A stretch of DNA of 64,000 nt, taken from positions 288,001 to 352,000 of the forward strand of contig JBJBEO010000001.1 of the NCBI GenBank assembly GCA_047284725.1, in the 5' to 3' direction. Position 1 is the first letter of the stretch, and every line of letters starts with the position of its first letter. Source of the DNA: Synechococcus sp. GTDB lineage: Bacteria; Cyanobacteriota; Cyanobacteriia; PCC-6307; Cyanobiaceae. Both the position numbers and the translations under genes were made by a program. The notes below the pieces were generated by a model. That model did not search any database. It was not told the DNA's origin and saw only the letters and a list, made by a program, of their open reading frames with translations. This document shows positions 62,860 through 64,000 of this stretch, piece by piece.

Positions 62860-63180
62860 GTGACGCCAACTCTGGTTGCGATCCTGCCGCTGGTGCACCT
62901 GGTGCTGGGCCTGCTGCTGGCGCTTTGGACCCTCAGTTTCCTGGTCCGGATCGTGCTCACCTGGTATCCCCAGGTGGACCTGAAGACCGGGTTGTGGCCT
63001 CTGGTGGCGGTCCCAACGGACCCGTTTCTCGCGGCGAGTCGACGCCTGATTGCGCCGATTGGGGGAGTGGATGTCACACCGGTGATCTGGGTCGGCCTGG
63101 TGAGCCTGGTGCGCGAACTGCTTGTGGGGCAACAAGGCCTGGTGTCCCAGATGCTGATGCGCACGTCCGGGCTGGCTTAG
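62860..63180 (+). CDS. YggT/YlmG family membrane protein
   Basis: RIVLTWYP, PTDPFL, PIGGVDVTPVIW. Confidence 0.9.
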   Translation: MTPTLVAILPLVHLVLGLLLALWTLSFLVRIVLTWYPQVDLKTGLWPLVAVPTDPFLAASRRLIAPIGGVDVTPVIWVGLVSLVRELLVGQQGLVSQMLMRTSGLA

Positions 63181-63201
63181 TCAGCCAACTTGATGCATGC
63201 C

Positions 63202-64000
63202 TCAGAGCATGTCCTGCTCAACAAACTTGGTGTGCACATCGCCGTTCTGGAATTCAGGACGGTCGAGCAGGCGCAGGTGGAACTCCACGGTGGTGGGAAT
63301 GCCCGTGACGGCGCACTCGTTCAAGGCGCGGCGCATGCGCTTCAGAGCCAGTTCCCGGTCGGGGGCCCAGATAATCAGCTTGCCGATCAAGGAGTCGTAG
63401 AAGGGCGGGATGTCATAGCCGGTGTACACATGGCTGTCGACGCGTACCCCTGGCCCTCCAGGCGGCAGCCAGCCGGTGATTTTTCCGGGGGCGGGGCGGA
63501 AATTGTGGGCAGCATCTTCGGCGTTGATCCGGCATTCGATGGCATGGCCTCTGAGATGGATCTCGTCTTGGCTGACGCTGATCGGCTCTCCGCCGGCAAT
63601 GCGCAGTTGCTCCGCAATCAGATCGATTCCCGTCACCATTTCGGTGACGGGATGCTCCACCTGGATGCGGGTGTTCATCTCCATGAAATAGAAGCCGCCG
63701 CTGCGATCGAGCAGGAACTCAACGGTGCCCGCTCCTTCGTATTCAATGCTCCGCGCCGCCGCGACCGCGGCTTCGCCCATCCGGCGGCGAAGCTCAGGAT
63801 CAAGGGCGGGGCTGGGTGCTTCTTCGAGAAGTTTCTGGTGACGTCGCTGAATGGAGCAGTCGCGCTCCCCGAGGTGGACGACATTGCCGTGGCGGTCGGC
63901 CAGCACTTGCACTTCGACGTGCCGAGGCCTGTCGATGAATTTCTCCATGTAGAGGCCAGGGTTGCCGAAGGCGGCGTCGGCTTCGCCCTGGGCGGCCTTG
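63202..64000 (-). CDS. accC: acetyl-CoA carboxylase biotin carboxylase subunit (partial, 5' end outside window)
   Basis: [46 protein letters not shown]. Confidence 0.96.
   Translation of the reverse strand, partial: KAAQGEADAAFGNPGLYMEKFIDRPRHVEVQVLADRHGNVVHLGERDCSIQRRHQKLLEEAPSPALDPELRRRMGEAAVAAARSIEYEGAGTVEFLLDRSGGFYFMEMNTRIQVEHPVTEMVTGIDLIAEQLRIAGGEPISVSQDEIHLRGHAIECRINAEDAAHNFRPAPGKITGWLPPGGPGVRVDSHVYTGYDIPPFYDSLIGKLIIWAPDRELALKRMRRALNECAVTGIPTTVEFHLRLLDRPEFQNGDVHTKFVEQDML

Overview
Chromosomal segment of a picocyanobacterium, most likely a marine or coastal Synechococcus (GC-rich; cpcG, cpcS, psbX, ycf66, hli, ftrC and the sufR-sufBCDS cluster). About 53 kb is ordinary core genome: HtrA, ABC-F, anmK, Ktr/Trk K+ uptake, hflX, cysH, coaX, bcp, rarA, an RND pump, pgm, suf, mtnA-aldolase, def, rpsU, comM-like, accC. 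One visibly AT-richer island (~27.2-38.4 kb) sits directly downstream of a PLD-family (ComA-like) nuclease gene. The island contains no tRNA att site. Instead, the 3' end of the PLD gene occurs three times: functional at 38422-38663, a full-length displaced copy with one nonsense codon at 31242-31483, and a degraded copy at ~36462-36600. The homology breakpoint lies inside the second catalytic HKD motif, next to a tyrosine integrase. These copies divide the cargo into blocks: a diguanylate cyclase; a GGDEF-EAL protein, lipoprotein and orphan CHASE4 sensor; and a 15-repeat TPR protein converging on an ORF with the motif layout of eukaryote-type (Rubisco-LSMT/SETD3-like) SET methyltransferases. 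All calls come from reading motifs by eye; no database searches were run.
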